Below, in pieces: positions 61,453-64,000 of a DNA stretch of 64,000 bases (its first letter is position 1; each line of letters opens with the position of its first letter). The stretch is from Myxococcota bacterium (GTDB taxonomy: Bacteria > Myxococcota_A > UBA9160 > JAFDDA01), in the NCBI GenBank assembly GCA_965228475.1, contig OZ245817.1:4192001-4256000 (forward strand), written 5' to 3'. The notes beneath the pieces are model-generated. The model saw only the letters and a list, made by a program, of their open reading frames with translations. It ran no database searches and was not told where the DNA came from. The position numbers and the translations under genes were made by a program.

Positions 61453-62124
61453 ATGGCGACACTTCAGACGGCCGGCTACCGACAGCCGAAACAGCACCGA
61501 AGTCAGAAGACCCTCAATCGCATCCTCGACGCCGCGGAGCGTCTGCTCGACGGGCGCGACTTCTCGGAAGTGTCCGTCCACGAGATCAGCGCCGAGGCCG
61601 GGACCTCGGTGAGCTCCTTCTACGCCCGCTTCCCGGACAAGAGCGCCCTCCTCCACGGCGTCTTCGAACGTTTCGCGGCCGAGATGCGCGCGCGCGTCGA
61701 GTGCTTCGAGCAGCGCGTTCGCGAGCGCGAAGGCGAGGTCTCCCTCGAAGAACTCGTGAACGGCGTGATCGAAACCTACATGGACATCTGGCAGAAGCGG
61801 CGCGGCCTGATCACGACGCTGACCGCAGCCGAACGAACCGACGCCCTGCTCTTCGAGCGCAGGCGCTCCCTCGACGACGAACTCGCGCTCCGCTTCCGCG
61901 ACGAATGCCTGCGCCTTCGGCCCGAGCTGCGCGAGCGTGGGTTCGGGCGCGCCTTCGAGATCGCCATGCCGGCGCTGGCGGCCGCGGTCCGAGCGGCCGT
62001 CGATCGGCCGGACCTCTTCGGGGAACGCACGCTGCACTCCCGGGCCGATCTCGTCGGGGAGATGACCCAGCTCGCCCTGCGCTACCTCGACGGCTCCCTG
62101 GGCGAGACGCCGCCGGAGGCCTAG
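61453..62124 (+). CDS. TetR/AcrR family regulator
   Basis: PKQHRSQKT, ISAEAGTSVSSFYARFPDK HTH. Confidence 0.92.
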   Translation: MATLQTAGYRQPKQHRSQKTLNRILDAAERLLDGRDFSEVSVHEISAEAGTSVSSFYARFPDKSALLHGVFERFAAEMRARVECFEQRVREREGEVSLEELVNGVIETYMDIWQKRRGLITTLTAAERTDALLFERRRSLDDELALRFRDECLRLRPELRERGFGRAFEIAMPALAAAVRAAVDRPDLFGERTLHSRADLVGEMTQLALRYLDGSLGETPPEA

Positions 62125-62822
62125 CGCCGGTTCGCGCGCCGCCCCCACGCCTCCCGAAGCCGAACGAGCCAGCCCCGGCGCGAGAGTTCGCGCGGGTGGA
62201 CCTTGCCCTGGGCCACCCAGCGCAGGAGGTTCCAGTGGCGGTCCGCGCCGCGCGGCAGCGGGATCTCGTCTTCGCCGGACGGGAAGGCCTGCGCGGGCAC
62301 CGCGAAGTCCGCACCGAGCAGGGGCCCGCGCCGCGTGAGCTGCGCTTCCGGGTAGGTGCGCGCGATCCGTTCGCGCAGCCAGCCGTGCTCGTCGGCGAGC
62401 AGGCAGCGGAAGGTCTTCACGCCGTTGGCCGAAGCGACCCGCATGAGCTGCTCGGCCATGAGCCGGCCGAGGCCGAGCCCCTGGGCCCCGTCGAGCACCG
62501 TGATCGAAGGCTCGGCGACGGACCGGTCCTCGGCCAGGCGGATGCAGCGGGCCAGCGCGAGGCCCTCGGTCTCCCAGCCGCGCTCGTCGATCCGCGCGGC
62601 GCCGAGGACGATCCCGCGGCCCTCGTCACAGCCCGTCAGGAACCGCAGCTCGCGCTCGCTCAGGAACGTCTTCGGGCGGAGGAAACGGCGCCGGCGCGAC
62701 TCGGGAGACAGGGCTCGGAAGCCCGCCTGGAGCGTCGGCGCGTCGCTCGGGCCGAGCGGGCGGATGCGGACGCGGCTGCCGTCGCGGAGCGTGTGCTCGC
62801 TGTGAGAGGTCGGGTCGTTCAT
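62121..62822 (-). CDS. GNAT family N-acetyltransferase
   Basis: LRDGSRVRIRPL, LSPESRRRRF, acetyl-CoA motif QGLGLGR. Confidence 0.85.
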   Translation of the reverse strand: MNDPTSHSEHTLRDGSRVRIRPLGPSDAPTLQAGFRALSPESRRRRFLRPKTFLSERELRFLTGCDEGRGIVLGAARIDERGWETEGLALARCIRLAEDRSVAEPSITVLDGAQGLGLGRLMAEQLMRVASANGVKTFRCLLADEHGWLRERIARTYPEAQLTRRGPLLGADFAVPAQAFPSGEDEIPLPRGADRHWNLLRWVAQGKVHPRELSRRGWLVRLREAWGRRANRR

Positions 62823-62931
62823 CTCGGTTCTCACCCCGGAGGAACGAGAGAATAGACACGTCGCGTCATCCTCACAAGAGACCCAAGATACTGCTTTATA
62901 TGACTAAATCTCCATGTGACAATGCGTCGTG

Positions 62932-64000
62932 TCAATCGGAGAGCGCGTCGGGGCGGCCGAACGCCAGGCTCGCGGGCGGGCCCCCGGCCGCCTCGAAGCG
63001 AAGCCGCAGCCGCTCCCCGGGCGCCGGGGTGTCAGCCTCGTCCTGGAGCCGGAAGCGGAAGCCGAGGCGCTCCCCGGGGCCGAACCCGAGTTTGCGCTTG
63101 AGCAGCGGAAGCGCGCGCCGCACGAGGCCGACGGTGACGAGGCCCGCCGTGAAGCGGGCGTTCAGCTCGACCACCGGCCGCAGGACCGGCGCGTCCGCCT
63201 CGGGCTCCCGGAACGAGAAGGCGTCGACGCCGCAGGGGCCCCGGAAGCCCCGCTCCCGCGCGGCCACCGCGACCAGGGCGGCGGCTTCGCGAAGCGCTTC
63301 TTCCTCGGGGCGACCGGTGAAGATGCGACCCCGGGAGTCGAGCTCGCCCCGGTGGCCGAGGTAGCGCCCGGAGGGGGCGAGCTCCTGCACGAGGCTCCCG
63401 AGCATCGTGACCCCTTCCTCGGCAACGTGAAGCTGCACGGAGAAGTCCTCGATTCGCTCGAGCCAGGGTTCGAGCACGGCGCCGCCACGCCCGGCGAGAC
63501 GTTCGAGCGCGCCGCCGAGGCGCTCGCGGTCGAGCCTTCCGCCGCGGCCGGCCACGCGGCCGCGTCCGCTGGTGCCGAGCCGCGGCTTCAGGGTGAAGCG
63601 CTCGCGAGCGAAGGCCGGGGCGTTCGCGAGCGTGGCTTCGATGCGGTCGGCGGCATCGGGCGCGAGCAGCGCGTCGGCGGAGAGGACGTGGATCGCGCCG
63701 CGGAGAACCGGTGGCACGAGACGTTCCTCGCGGGCGGTCTCGTGGGCGAAGGCCTTGTCGTGCACGGCGCGAACGATCTCCGGCGCCGCCGAGGCGAAAC
63801 CGAGGCCCGCGGCCTCGGCGTCCGCCGCGGCATCCGCGCTCCCGAACCACGGGACGGCCACGCCCTCCGCATCCTCGGGGAGCCACGGGAAGACGGGCGC
63901 TTCGGGTCGTGAGCCGAGGAGTTCGGGCCAGGCTGGCAGTGCGGGCGGCGGCTCGAGCCAGCCGGCAGCTCGCCCGAAGAGGAAGTGCCAGAGCCCGGCC
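62932..64000 (-). CDS. ATP-grasp fold protein (5' end outside the window)
   Basis: Frame open to the window edge; LKPRLGTSGRG, VLEPWL, GFRGPCGVDAF, VELNARFT. Confidence 0.8.
   Translation of the reverse strand, partial: AGLWHFLFGRAAGWLEPPPALPAWPELLGSRPEAPVFPWLPEDAEGVAVPWFGSADAAADAEAAGLGFASAAPEIVRAVHDKAFAHETAREERLVPPVLRGAIHVLSADALLAPDAADRIEATLANAPAFARERFTLKPRLGTSGRGRVAGRGGRLDRERLGGALERLAGRGGAVLEPWLERIEDFSVQLHVAEEGVTMLGSLVQELAPSGRYLGHRGELDSRGRIFTGRPEEEALREAAALVAVAARERGFRGPCGVDAFSFREPEADAPVLRPVVELNARFTAGLVTVGLVRRALPLLKRKLGFGPGERLGFRFRLQDEADTPAPGERLRLRFEAAGGPPASLAFGRPDALSD

Overview
Very GC-rich bacterial DNA (Myxococcota/deltaproteobacteria-like is an inference from gene content) with about 57 protein-coding genes and no rRNA, tRNA, CRISPR array, integrase or transposase that I can see. 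Most of the window is housekeeping, metabolic and regulatory genes: a DUF1538-PII-CBS operon, nhaA, a Na/Pi cotransporter, recQ, mddA, aidB, pcm, cysH, pyrC, nudC, a SWIM-SNF2 helicase, TetR/Crp/GbsR regulators and SGNH hydrolases. The standout is a ~10 kb cell-surface module at 4.2-14.3 kb with three parts. (1) Two divergent, paralogous ~700-aa secreted proteins, probably lipoproteins, carry motifs matching both lobes of the eukaryotic BPI/LBP/CETP (TULIP) lipid-binding fold. (2) PEP-CTERM genes flank them on both sides, driven by perfect sigma54 promoters with the same architecture, and nine copies of one 16-bp palindromic operator (TGWYC-N4-GRWCA core) mark the intergenic DNA. (3) One PEP-CTERM gene is an apparent polyprotein, with an internal PEP-CTERM anchor followed directly by a second signal peptide. 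Smaller oddities include a catalytically truncated PPK1-like gene in a phosphate-transport operon, a 9-Kazal-domain secreted protein, a PIMT with a lipoprotein signal, a 33-bp duplication across the nudC/SNF2 junction and several leaderless-type promoters. Family assignments come from motif recognition by eye; no searches were run.
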